Part shown: in pieces, positions 39,536 to 49,085 of the stretch
How positions within the stretch are numbered: the stretch's first letter is position 1
How the letters are laid out: each line of letters opens with the position of its first letter
Assembly: GCA_050011565.1 (NCBI GenBank)
Contig: JBEKIW010000003.1
Span: 1-64,000 of the forward strand
Direction of reading: 5' to 3'
DNA: 64,000 nucleotides
Source: Dehalococcoidia bacterium
GTDB taxonomy: Bacteria > Chloroflexota > Dehalococcoidia > GIF9 > UBA5629
Notes under the pieces: generated by a model
What the model was told of the DNA's origin: nothing
Seen by the model: the letters and a program-made list of their open reading frames with translations, nothing else
Databases searched by the model: none
Translations under genes and position numbers: made by a program

Positions 39536-41218
39536 ATGAGGATATCGAACTTCGGAAAGTATCGTTGGGTAGCGGTCTTTTTCAGGTTATGCCTGGTTGC
39601 CGTAGTTGCCCTGTCACTGGTTATGGGAGGCATGGCACTGAAGGTCCAGCCTGTACACGCTGCTACCGTTATACCTCTTTTTATAACTGCAACATTCCCG
39701 GCATGCCAGTCCTGGTCACAGCAACTTACCGTTACACCAGCTTGTACTCCATCATTCATTTTCTTTTGGCTGGTGGGGACATTGCCGGGATTTGCAAACC
39801 TAAATCCAATTACCGGGGAACTCACATGTTGCCCTCAACCCACGGATGTTGGCGTCTATAACTTTGACATTATATGCACCGAGATGTATTGGCCCAGTGC
39901 GTGTTGGCCTCCCATTCACACGACTATTCCTGTCAGCCTCACTGTCACACCACCTCTCCCCACTACCCCCCTGACTATCAACCCAACGTTTTATCCGGTA
40001 GCCTGGGAGGGCCTACCGTTCTCCATGACGCTGAGCGCCACCGGTTGCTCAGGAGCATATAGCTGGGGCGCCTTGGGATTACCTGCCGGGCTTTCCGTGA
40101 CAGACAACGTCCTCGGCATCATCTCCGGCACGCCCGGCCCGGGCACTTGCGGCACTTATACCGTAACAGTTACTTGTACTGATACACTTATGTGCCCTAC
40201 AGCAGCATGCTGCCCACCCGTCAGCCGTCCCTTCATCTTTATCGTTGATTGTTGGGCTAACTACCTTCCCATCTTTTACTACACTACCGCTTGCGATTTC
40301 ACGGTCGAAATCGGCTCCGGTCTCACGCAGGGTCAGACAAAGGTGTTGGTCGATGGCGCAAATAAGGCCACCCTGGTAGGAGGCCAATCTGAAACCTTTA
40401 CCTCAGTGCCGTGCGAAAGCCATCTGGTGATGGTAGATCAAGCGGTACAGGTCCCGAACTCCAATATGAAGTTCACAGTCATAGGTTCAAATACCAAGAC
40501 GGTGTCCGATGTAGACAACCATGCCTATTTCGATTATGCGCAGGAGGTAAATATCACCACGGCCAGCGACCCGTCCGGAGCGGCACAGCCGCCGGGCACC
40601 GGCTATTATGCCATAGGCAGCAATTTCAGCAGTACCGCGCCGGGCACCATTGAAACCGATATCCAGAACGGTAAAAAGTTGGTCTTCCGGGAATGGAGGC
40701 TGCCCGACGGCACCACGCGCCCCACCAGGGACCTGATATTCCCCGTCAACCAGGCAGGGACCGTCACCGCCGCATACGATACTTTTTATCAACTGCGACT
40801 GACCTCGGATTACCCGGCCATAGACGAGCGCTCCTTTGAACCCGCAGGCAGCACCGCCACCTGGAACCTGTCGCTGCACGCAGTCCCCTTGCTGGGCTTC
40901 TGGGGTTTCCTGGGTGGAGTACAAAGCCCGCTGAACGCCAGCGGCAGCCAGCTTATTACCGGACCCACCACCGTAGAAATCCAATGGGGGCCCAACTACA
41001 CCATGCCCATTGTAGCCATAATAATTGCATTGCTGGTCATAGCCGGCCTGATCGTTCTCATATACCGCCTCCGGTCAAGGCCTGCCGCCAAAACCGAGGT
41101 AAAGGAAGCTACACCTAAGGCTAAAAAAACAGCGGCTGAAAACTTCTGCCCTAAATGCGGCAACCCTGTCGACAAGGATGCAGACTATTGCAAAAAGTGC
41201 GGAAAGAAACTTAAATAG
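39536..41218 (+). CDS. Surface protein with putative Ig domains, C-terminal TM and cytoplasmic zinc ribbon
   Basis: GLPAGLSV...G.ISGTP putative-Ig pattern; TM near aa 492-512; CPKC...CKKC. Confidence 0.85.
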   Translation: MRISNFGKYRWVAVFFRLCLVAVVALSLVMGGMALKVQPVHAATVIPLFITATFPACQSWSQQLTVTPACTPSFIFFWLVGTLPGFANLNPITGELTCCPQPTDVGVYNFDIICTEMYWPSACWPPIHTTIPVSLTVTPPLPTTPLTINPTFYPVAWEGLPFSMTLSATGCSGAYSWGALGLPAGLSVTDNVLGIISGTPGPGTCGTYTVTVTCTDTLMCPTAACCPPVSRPFIFIVDCWANYLPIFYYTTACDFTVEIGSGLTQGQTKVLVDGANKATLVGGQSETFTSVPCESHLVMVDQAVQVPNSNMKFTVIGSNTKTVSDVDNHAYFDYAQEVNITTASDPSGAAQPPGTGYYAIGSNFSSTAPGTIETDIQNGKKLVFREWRLPDGTTRPTRDLIFPVNQAGTVTAAYDTFYQLRLTSDYPAIDERSFEPAGSTATWNLSLHAVPLLGFWGFLGGVQSPLNASGSQLITGPTTVEIQWGPNYTMPIVAIIIALLVIAGLIVLIYRLRSRPAAKTEVKEATPKAKKTAAENFCPKCGNPVDKDADYCKKCGKKLK

Positions 41219-41262
41219 GGCGACAATGATGACATTCTTTATCCAAGGAGGTTAAATAGAAG

Positions 41263-41553
41263 ATGAATGTACCTGCTATGGACTATATCGGCTGTGGTTT
41301 TACCTGGCTTTTTGTGCTGCTCATCCTAGGTGGATATTTCTATATCCTGAGCAAGACAGGCAAAAAATGGGTTTTCATGCTTATATTCGCTGCAGCCTGG
41401 TTCGTTATGGGCATATCATACATATTTCTCATCGCTGGTGTAGCTGCGGGTGCATGGTCTATCACGCTCATTAGAACAATCGGATATGTGTTGTTTCTAT
41501 CAATGATATTGACAGCAATCGCGGAACTGGTAAAGTTGGGGGGAAAAGAATAA
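41263..41553 (+). CDS. Small 3-TM membrane protein
   Basis: AGGAGG SD; three hydrophobic segments. Confidence 0.75.
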   Translation: MNVPAMDYIGCGFTWLFVLLILGGYFYILSKTGKKWVFMLIFAAAWFVMGISYIFLIAGVAAGAWSITLIRTIGYVLFLSMILTAIAELVKLGGKE

Positions 41554-41579
41554 ATTAGCACGTGTGTTGAGTCCGCATA

Positions 41580-41858
41580 ACGCCGGGACATACCCAGGCT
41601 TCCTATCGGTGATTCTGCCCGACGGTGAATTTATCAGCGGCGACCTTATTATGAAGGGGATGGTTCGCTTCTGGCAGCCGAACTACCCGCTTTTTGCCGA
41701 TAACATGGAACAGCTAAACAAAAGCATCAAGTTGATACTGCGCAAAAAGCCGTCAAAAATCTACTGCACCCACGGCGGCCCCTTCGACCCCAAAGCCGTC
41801 CTGCGCAGGTTCTCCTAAGCAGTGCTTCCTGACATCCAACGTGCATTGAACATTTCGC
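41580..41858 (+). pseudogene. Displaced 3' relic of the MBL hydrolase gene plus its downstream flank
   Basis: Diverged copy of 37612..37891 (...GDLIMKGMVRFWQPNYPLFADNMEQLNKS...RRFS*); 1-nt deletion near its start. Confidence 0.9.
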
Positions 41859-41967
41859 CCTTTTGTTGCCTTAGAGGTAAGATATCAAGCCCTCCTGCAC
41901 CCAAATGGCTGCCCTGATGGGTTTCAAGGATTGACGCTAGCCAGACTCCGGAATCATCTGCCCTTAT

Positions 41968-42624
41968 CTATTTTAATAACCGTAGCTTCAGAGCAAGCCC
42001 TCTATCTTCGATTCCCATTTCTGAAAAGCTTATTTGCGACGACGATATTATTTTCTGAAATTCCTGCAACCTCACAGACGAGTGAAGCCTTACAAAATAC
42101 AGGACGAGAAAGGATAGGAACCAGCCGTACCTATCTTTTAGCTGCATTCTCGCCTCCCTTGTAGTGTCTTGTCTTAGCTCGTAAATCCATGCTTCACCAC
42201 CAATCTTAAGAACGCGATGTATTTCTTTCAAGCATTCTCTGGGATTCGCCCAGTGATGAAAACTGAGTGTGCTTACGATTAGGTCAAAATATCCATCCCC
42301 ATAAGGAATATGCTCTGCACTGCCATACTCAAATTGAACACGTCCGGATAGTTCAGCATCTTTAGCGTTCTTGCTAGCTATCATCACCATGGCTGAGGAA
42401 ATATCGATGGCTTTAATCTCAACATTCTGAGACCTTCGAGCCACCTCAATCGGAACATAGCCAGGCCCTGTTCCTATGTCTAATAGTTTCCCCGACGATA
42501 CCTTTGAGATAATCTCTCCTGTAACCTCTCGGTAGAAGTCTTGCATAATTGGGCTTCTAGCCACAATTGTTGAATAGACTTTTGCCCCAGGCTTAGGAAT
42601 ACCCTCGATCTTTAAAAGCTTCAT
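41968..42624 (-). CDS. Class I SAM-dependent methyltransferase
   Basis: LLDIGTGPG, IDIS..M, FDLIVS..S.HH. Confidence 0.92.
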   Translation of the reverse strand: MKLLKIEGIPKPGAKVYSTIVARSPIMQDFYREVTGEIISKVSSGKLLDIGTGPGYVPIEVARRSQNVEIKAIDISSAMVMIASKNAKDAELSGRVQFEYGSAEHIPYGDGYFDLIVSTLSFHHWANPRECLKEIHRVLKIGGEAWIYELRQDTTREARMQLKDRYGWFLSFLVLYFVRLHSSVRLQEFQKIISSSQISFSEMGIEDRGLALKLRLLK

Positions 42625-42641
42625 AAATTAACCCAAGGACT

Positions 42642-42953
42642 TCAATGGGGGACCAGAAACTCACCAAGGCAAAAAACCAGAATATCAAAGCCAATAAAGA
42701 TAGCTAAAAAAACAAGGATAGAGCGCTCCTTGCTTTTTATGATGCCGATAAGTCCGGTAACAAAGGCAGCTACACCACAGGTCCCCGCGAGAAACATCGG
42801 GACTGTAAGCAGAAGGTTACTGAAGAACGTTTCGCCACCCCGCTGTCCGGAAACAACCAGGATGATAAACAACACCAAAAACAGAATGAAAGCCGCAATC
42901 AGGCCGACTGACCATTTACCCAAAGAGGTTTTTGGTAAAACATCTATCCGCAC
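42642..42953 (-). CDS. Small 3-TM membrane protein
   Basis: Three hydrophobic segments; TTGACT-N17-TAGGAT lies 6 nt before the GTG. Confidence 0.75.
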   Translation of the reverse strand: MRIDVLPKTSLGKWSVGLIAAFILFLVLFIILVVSGQRGGETFFSNLLLTVPMFLAGTCGVAAFVTGLIGIIKSKERSILVFLAIFIGFDILVFCLGEFLVPH

Positions 42954-43136
42954 AATACTATCCTAGAACGTAATTTGATTGAAGTCAATATGTCAGTCAG
43001 AATGGGCCGGCATACTTGAGTCCCTGACAGGTTCATTCAACTCCTGCATGCATTTGTTTCTTACTTGTCAGAAGCGCGACAGCTCGTTGTTTCGCTTGAG
43101 GCGAGCATGACTTGAATAACCCGGAGGGGGTCGCGA

Positions 43137-44699
43137 CTAAGGTCTCCCGGCTTTCTCCACGGCAAGTCCGCAGTTGTTTATCTTTAGCTTTCCGTCATAG
43201 AACAGGGCAGCGACGCGGCTCCCCACGATGTGCAAGTCAGCAAGTGGGTCGCCGGCGACGATAGCCAGGTCGGCCACTTTGCCCGTCCGGATGGAGCCAA
43301 ACCCCTCTTCCAGCCCCATTGCCTTGGCGCTGCCTATGGTGGCCAGGCGCAGGGCATCGGCGCCGGTGAACCGTCTGGCACTTCTATCCCTGTTCAACGT
43401 GAGGTCAAACATACCCATCTCGTACTTGATTGCGGCCGGTGTGCACGGCGGGATGCCGCCGTCGTTGCCACATCCCATCCGGGCAGATTTTTCAAAGAGC
43501 AGCCTGAAATTGTGCGTACCGTTGATACCGGCGGTAGAATAATATCGGTATAAAGCACTGTTATCCATGATGCCAAGCGTCTTCATAAGCCCCCGGGAAA
43601 GCCTCTGGTGGCTACCGAGTACGCTACCCCTCAGTTCGGGAACGAAGAACTCCTCGGCCAGGGCAGCTATGGTTTTGTCCCTATACTCCATTATTTTGAG
43701 TACTTCCGGATGGTCGTAAGAGGGATGCCCCTTCACGCCCCACACCACGTCATAGGCCACCGACAAGGTCGGCTCCGAGATGCATTTGGCAGCGATGAAA
43801 GCCTCTACATCGGCCTCACTGAGGTCGGCATCGCGGGGAATATGTGCCAGTGACGTTACGCCGGCTTTCACTCCTCGCCGAAATGACGCTACGCTCACCT
43901 GATGCATGGTGCTTTTCAGCCCTCTTCGCCGTGCCTGGTCAGCCAGCGCTTCGAGCTGCCTGGCGGTCATCACAGTATGTGTGGGCTTGAAGTTGACCAG
44001 GTTCTCGATTTGTTCCCCGATCTTGATGTACTCTGCACCTCGTTCATCGATGGCACGGTCCACCGCATCCCTGACTTGTCGTGCGCCAGCATCCAAAGGA
44101 AATACCAGCACCCCGCTTTCGCTCTTCTGATACTCAACCACCGGAATGCCCAGAGCCATACAAAAAAATCGCCAGGTAAGGGTAAGTCTAGGCGAAAAAT
44201 AGTTATTCGGAGGAGTGACCACTACTGCCTGATAGATACGCGGGCCCGCTATCTCTCCTCGGGATATCCTTTCTTTCCAAGCGCGTAAGATGCGCAGGTC
44301 ATCGATCTTACAATCCCTGATGTTGGTAATGCCGTGTGCCAGGCATTCGGCCATGTTCTTGGCAAGCTGTTGTTGGTGATACTTGTTGCCCAATCTGACA
44401 TCCTTAATTTCAGGGCTGACTGTGGTTGTGGTATAAGATGCATGGCAGTGTGTATTAAACATGCCGGGGAAAGCTGCCTTGCCCTGAAGGTCTATGGTGA
44501 AGTCGGGTTTAATGCCAGTGGGTTCGCCCGGCATTCCGGGCATGGCCTTTACCTTTTTCCCCTGAATGATAACTCTGGTTTCCGGTGCGAAATAGCGCCC
44601 GTTGATGGCATCGACAAACCTGCCATTCTTCAGCTCTACCAGGGCATCATCCCCAGGCTCATAATTGTCCACGAAATTGGTCTCAGCATAACCTTGCAT
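43137..44699 (-). CDS. Amidohydrolase-superfamily enzyme
   Basis: PGMFNTHCH, G.T..RD, GND, GSI..GK.ADL. Confidence 0.9.
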   Translation of the reverse strand: MQGYAETNFVDNYEPGDDALVELKNGRFVDAINGRYFAPETRVIIQGKKVKAMPGMPGEPTGIKPDFTIDLQGKAAFPGMFNTHCHASYTTTTVSPEIKDVRLGNKYHQQQLAKNMAECLAHGITNIRDCKIDDLRILRAWKERISRGEIAGPRIYQAVVVTPPNNYFSPRLTLTWRFFCMALGIPVVEYQKSESGVLVFPLDAGARQVRDAVDRAIDERGAEYIKIGEQIENLVNFKPTHTVMTARQLEALADQARRRGLKSTMHQVSVASFRRGVKAGVTSLAHIPRDADLSEADVEAFIAAKCISEPTLSVAYDVVWGVKGHPSYDHPEVLKIMEYRDKTIAALAEEFFVPELRGSVLGSHQRLSRGLMKTLGIMDNSALYRYYSTAGINGTHNFRLLFEKSARMGCGNDGGIPPCTPAAIKYEMGMFDLTLNRDRSARRFTGADALRLATIGSAKAMGLEEGFGSIRTGKVADLAIVAGDPLADLHIVGSRVAALFYDGKLKINNCGLAVEKAGRP

Positions 44700-44774
44700 T
44701 TCTACCTCCCGTCCGAATGGCGTTGCCGATATTGTACAATAGCACCAGCCTTGTCACCAATGTGCCGGCCTTGC

Positions 44775-44837
44775 CTAAGAAGGGCAACTAGCTTCCTTTG
44801 GTTGTCTGCGAGCCAGGACTATGCTGCCGATAACGCC
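44775..44837 (-). pseudogene. Displaced 3' relic of the 45238..45624 membrane-protein gene
   Basis: GVIGSIVLARRQPKEASCPS* vs GIIGSIVLARRQPKEAIRPT*; shared gcttcctttggttgtctgcgagccaggactat. Confidence 0.85.
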
Positions 44838-44870
44838 CTACTTGTCAGGACATGGTTGCCCGTTTGCCTC

Positions 44871-45182
44871 TCAACTTCCTAGTTCTTTGCCTGTTATGAG
44901 ATAGTAAATCAGGCTTGCAATCCCACTCAAGATTGGTAAACTCAGGACTGAAGCCAGTGTAATTAAAAGTGCTAACTTGACTCTGCTTAGTTTTTTCCTG
45001 CGGATTAACCCTATAATAAAAATCACCAGGCCAATCAGGATGATAGAAAAGCCAATTATATCTGTATCTATATCATAGTATATATACAGAGGGAAACTTA
45101 GTATAAAGACGATTACGCCAATACCCATTATAAAAAAGGACGCTGTTATAAGTTTGCCAAACCTGTTTATCATTTTCCTCAT
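44871..45182 (-). CDS. Small 3-TM membrane protein
   Basis: Hydrophobic, AT-rich ORF with GAGG SD. Confidence 0.75.
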   Translation of the reverse strand: MRKMINRFGKLITASFFIMGIGVIVFILSFPLYIYYDIDTDIIGFSIILIGLVIFIIGLIRRKKLSRVKLALLITLASVLSLPILSGIASLIYYLITGKELGS

Positions 45183-45237
45183 TGTTTCCCTCTTTTATGC
45201 TCAGTGTTGGTGCTATTACAGAAGACTGCTTGTCAAA

Positions 45238-45624
45238 TTAAGTAGGACGAATCGCTTCCTTTGGTTGTCTGCGAGCCAGGACTATACTGCCGATTATTCC
45301 TGTCAGGAAAGCCAGCAGAATAACGTATAAGATAAGGTTAGCCATCGTTTCAGGAACGAGCTCAAGAAATACAAAACCGATAGGGATAGCAATAGGAGCA
45401 GCTCCTGTCATTATCAAGAAGGTCCTGAGCAAACCTGCCACCTTTCCTTTCAAAGTCAAAACTAGCAACGCTATCCCGAGGAAGAAGAACAAAGCAAAAA
45501 CCAGAAGGGGTAAAAAGGCCATATAAGTAAGAGTCCATTGTCCCACGGCTGGAATGAAATTCACTGCCAGGACTAAAAAATCTCCGACCAGTGCCCAGAA
45601 TACCGGCCAAATTGCTTTCTTCAT
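45238..45624 (-). CDS. Small 4-TM membrane protein
   Basis: Four hydrophobic segments; AGGTGA SD. Confidence 0.75.
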   Translation of the reverse strand: MKKAIWPVFWALVGDFLVLAVNFIPAVGQWTLTYMAFLPLLVFALFFFLGIALLVLTLKGKVAGLLRTFLIMTGAAPIAIPIGFVFLELVPETMANLILYVILLAFLTGIIGSIVLARRQPKEAIRPT

Positions 45625-45946
45625 CTTCTCACCTACTTTTTCACCGATTTCACGTGTTCGTACTTGAGTTTAGTCCCTATCCTGAAACACTGTCAATGCC
45701 CTAAAAACGGGATGAACCCACTGTGCCTCTTATCGGCGACAACATCCAATTTGAAGTATCCCTGTGAAGTTGACCCTACTAAACAAAAGCCGACCGCCTA
45801 CTCCTGGGGCTATTGTGCTTGTGGACTCACTCGAGAAGTGATATAAGTACTGGGCGTAGGTCAGCACATTCTGGCTCAGACTTGTCATTTGGCCTAGACG
45901 AAATAGGACCCAAATCAACAAAATGTGATGGTTGGGAGAGGGAGTA

Positions 45947-48403
45947 ATGGAAAAACAATACTATGACATGGCGATTCTTGTATTACCTGCTTTAGGTGCA
46001 CTTTTACTAGCCTGGGCAAGTATCCCTAGGGGATGGAATAGGAAAACATGCGTGGCGCTAGTTGGGGCGCAACTGATTCTTGTTGCTTTTATGATGGCCT
46101 ATTACAAAACATATATTTCTTTACATGAGAATCTTAAAACCGGATTTTGGTTTCTTGTGGGCCTTTATATAGTGGCAGTCGTCATTATTATCGTCCAGCC
46201 CTGGAAAATAATAATGAAAAGAAAAACTGCAAAAATTTCGAGTTCCATAGATGAAGCTCCAAATGCTATCTCTCCTACGCTGTTAGTAGATGAACCAATA
46301 TTGCTAGAAGAACAAGACAGACTTAATAGGAACAAATTTGTGGAGCAATTCGCCCAAACACTAGTAGGACATCGTGGCAATTCTTGTCTAATTGCCGCCT
46401 TGCATGGTCCATGGGGCAGCGGTAAATCTTCATTGCTCAATCTTATAGAGGATCAGTTGAACAACTCATCAGCAACAAATGACTACATTGTCATCAGGTT
46501 CAATCCATGGAATATCTCCAGCCTTGACCAGCTAATAACAATGTTTTTCCATGAACTAAAAGTAGCAGTCCAAGGCAAGCAGCAATTCAATGTGGATGGT
46601 GGCAAGACAGCCAAGCTGCTAGACATATTTAGTGGCATATTGACGGTCAGCACGCTTTCACCTGTCGGTAGTCAATACTTTGCAGTAGGCGCAGAGGCGG
46701 TTAAAAAGGCGGGCAGAGTTATCAAGGATAATAGAACCAAGTCACTTGTTGAAATAAAAAAACAACTCGATAAGGAGCTATCCAAAGCAGCAAAACGTAT
46801 ATTTGTTCTGATAGACGACATTGATCGCCTAGACGAAGAAGCCGCTAGATTGCTTTTCAGAATGATTCGGCTAAATGCTGATTTTAAGAATACTACTTAT
46901 TTACTGGCATTTGACTTAGATGTAGTGACAGACCTAATCGCGAAAGACCAGCCAAAACACGGCAAGGAATACCTTGAGAAGATAATACAACTTCCTGTAC
47001 ATATTCCGAAAATTGACGATGCGGTTCTTCAAGCTCTCCTAGTAGAAGAACTCGATGTTTTCGTCAACAAATATGACGGCGATAAATTTGATAAAACATA
47101 TCAAATAAGATGGCAAGAATTACTTGTAGAAGGGAGATTTTTCAAATTATTCAGGACAATAAGAGATATCGTCAGATATAGTAACGGCCTCAACTTGAAC
47201 TACGCACTAATATCTGATGAAGTCAACATGGTGGATTTTATGGCACTAGAAGGCATTCGCATATTTGCGCCGCAGTCTTATGATCAAATCCGTCGTAATA
47301 AAGCAATCATCACAAGGACTAGCACTACTGGAATCCTACAGCCGAAAGAAGACATAGCGACAACAAAAACAATACTAGAAAAGATATTTAATCCAGCGTC
47401 GTCAGATAACACTGAAAGAGGCAAGATAGTTGAGGATGTCTGTAAGGTGCTATTCCCACAATTAGGAAGAATATACGCAAATTTTGATTTCAGTAATTCT
47501 CAGCAGGAGTGGAGACAACAAAAGCGAATCTGCTCAGAAGAAGTATTCGAGAGATATTTCATGCTTGGCATTCCAAAGGGAGAAATCTCTGAAGAAGAAA
47601 TGAAGACAACATTGGCATTAGGCAATGACCATCTGAAATTTGCCGAAGCCCTAAATGAGTTGTTTGAGAGGAAGCTAGGGAAGCGCTTCCTGGAGCGCTT
47701 CGAGGACTATATCGGCGAAGTGCAAGAGGAAAATATCCTGGAAACCATACTTGGTCTATTTGAGATTGAAGAGAGGATAGTATCCGAACCCAGAGGTATG
47801 CTGCAAGCTGGTGCTGACTACCAAGCTGCTAGATTAGCATACCTACTACTCAAGAGGATTCGAGAGAAGACTCAACGAAAGAATACAATCATAGATGCAA
47901 TCAACAAAACATCCAAAATATTCTCACCTGTCCATTTTGTATCTCTCATTAGTCCTGATAGCACAGAGGATGCTCCAAGGAATGAAGCACGGGTAGAACT
48001 CGAATTGTCGCAAGAAGACTCTTTCGAGTTACATAATTTATGTGTAACAAAGATTAAGACAGCTGCTGTGTCAGGTGAGCTATCGAAATCACCACATTTA
48101 GGCATGATAATGTATAGATGGCATGACTGGGGAAATGCTGATGAAGTTAAAGAATATGCTAGAAAACTTGTTGAAACAGATGAAGGAGTAATAGATTTTC
48201 TTGTTGGAGTAACAATTGAAGTATTGTCCTCTAGTACGGGACGCCGAGCCGAGATACAGCAGAAGGATATTTCCGCCTTCATAGATATTGAACTCATTAA
48301 GACAAGAGTCGCACAGATCAAAGAAACTGAGTGGGAGAAGTTGAACAATATTCAACAAGAAGCAGTTGATGCTTTTCTAAGAAGCATGTCACCAGATGAA
48401 TGA
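45947..48403 (+). CDS. KAP-family P-loop NTPase with N-terminal TM helices
   Basis: D.LNR..F, GPWGSGKS (Walker A), FNPW, IDDIDR (Walker B), YLEKIIQ; AT-rich. Confidence 0.92.
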   Translation: MEKQYYDMAILVLPALGALLLAWASIPRGWNRKTCVALVGAQLILVAFMMAYYKTYISLHENLKTGFWFLVGLYIVAVVIIIVQPWKIIMKRKTAKISSSIDEAPNAISPTLLVDEPILLEEQDRLNRNKFVEQFAQTLVGHRGNSCLIAALHGPWGSGKSSLLNLIEDQLNNSSATNDYIVIRFNPWNISSLDQLITMFFHELKVAVQGKQQFNVDGGKTAKLLDIFSGILTVSTLSPVGSQYFAVGAEAVKKAGRVIKDNRTKSLVEIKKQLDKELSKAAKRIFVLIDDIDRLDEEAARLLFRMIRLNADFKNTTYLLAFDLDVVTDLIAKDQPKHGKEYLEKIIQLPVHIPKIDDAVLQALLVEELDVFVNKYDGDKFDKTYQIRWQELLVEGRFFKLFRTIRDIVRYSNGLNLNYALISDEVNMVDFMALEGIRIFAPQSYDQIRRNKAIITRTSTTGILQPKEDIATTKTILEKIFNPASSDNTERGKIVEDVCKVLFPQLGRIYANFDFSNSQQEWRQQKRICSEEVFERYFMLGIPKGEISEEEMKTTLALGNDHLKFAEALNELFERKLGKRFLERFEDYIGEVQEENILETILGLFEIEERIVSEPRGMLQAGADYQAARLAYLLLKRIREKTQRKNTIIDAINKTSKIFSPVHFVSLISPDSTEDAPRNEARVELELSQEDSFELHNLCVTKIKTAAVSGELSKSPHLGMIMYRWHDWGNADEVKEYARKLVETDEGVIDFLVGVTIEVLSSSTGRRAEIQQKDISAFIDIELIKTRVAQIKETEWEKLNNIQQEAVDAFLRSMSPDE

Positions 48404-48744
48404 TTTCGATTAACGAATTTTCCCTACCATAATGACCGATTAAACGAACACGATGCTACGCAGCTAATGCTGCAGCAAGTTCTTTGGCCGGAGCTTTGCA
48501 CGCCGGCACCGGTGAGCCTCTTGGCATTGTGGACCAGCCGGAGGATTTGGGGGCTGATGTTACCTTTGAAAAGCCGTTCTAGCCCAGCCTAGGTGTAGAC
48601 GGGATGGCCCTGGGGTATGCTCAGGACTTTCTCGTCCTGGGCGATGACTAAGTGTTCCCCAGCACCAACTGAACACTGTACTACCACTATTAAAGTGACA
48701 ATGAAATCAACTTATTATTGCACATTCCGTCATTTTGTTTAGTA

Positions 48745-48970
48745 TCGCATTTCATTCCGTCGTTTTTCGTTTGCCCCGTACGAGCCAGACTGCTATACTA
48801 ACCAATCGTGGACTACGAGATTGTTATCGGGCTGGAGGTGCATGCCCAGCTATTGACTAAGAGCAAGATGTACTGCTCCTGCAGCGCTGATTATGCCAAT
48901 GCGCCGCCTAATACACACGTCTGCCCCATCTGCCTGGATATGCCTGGAGTGCTGCCCACAATCAACCAGA
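48745..48970 (+). pseudogene. Displaced promoter and 5' relic of gatB (about 54 codons)
   Basis: Diverged copy of about 51863..52090: [23 protein letters not shown]...PGVLPTIN, then homology ends. Confidence 0.92.
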
Positions 48971-49085
48971 TGGCTCACAAAGCGCCAGGATGTCAATCTG
49001 ACTTCAGGCTGTCGGGCAAGCTATATGAGAGACCACAGTTTGTCTAGTTTAACCAAATATTGAGTATACTATCCTATGTTTCCTG

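Noticed and set aside
41860-45700. Integron cassette array
   Set aside because: No recognisable attC (RYYYAAC...GTTRRRY) sites or IntI gene; the genes carry their own promoters
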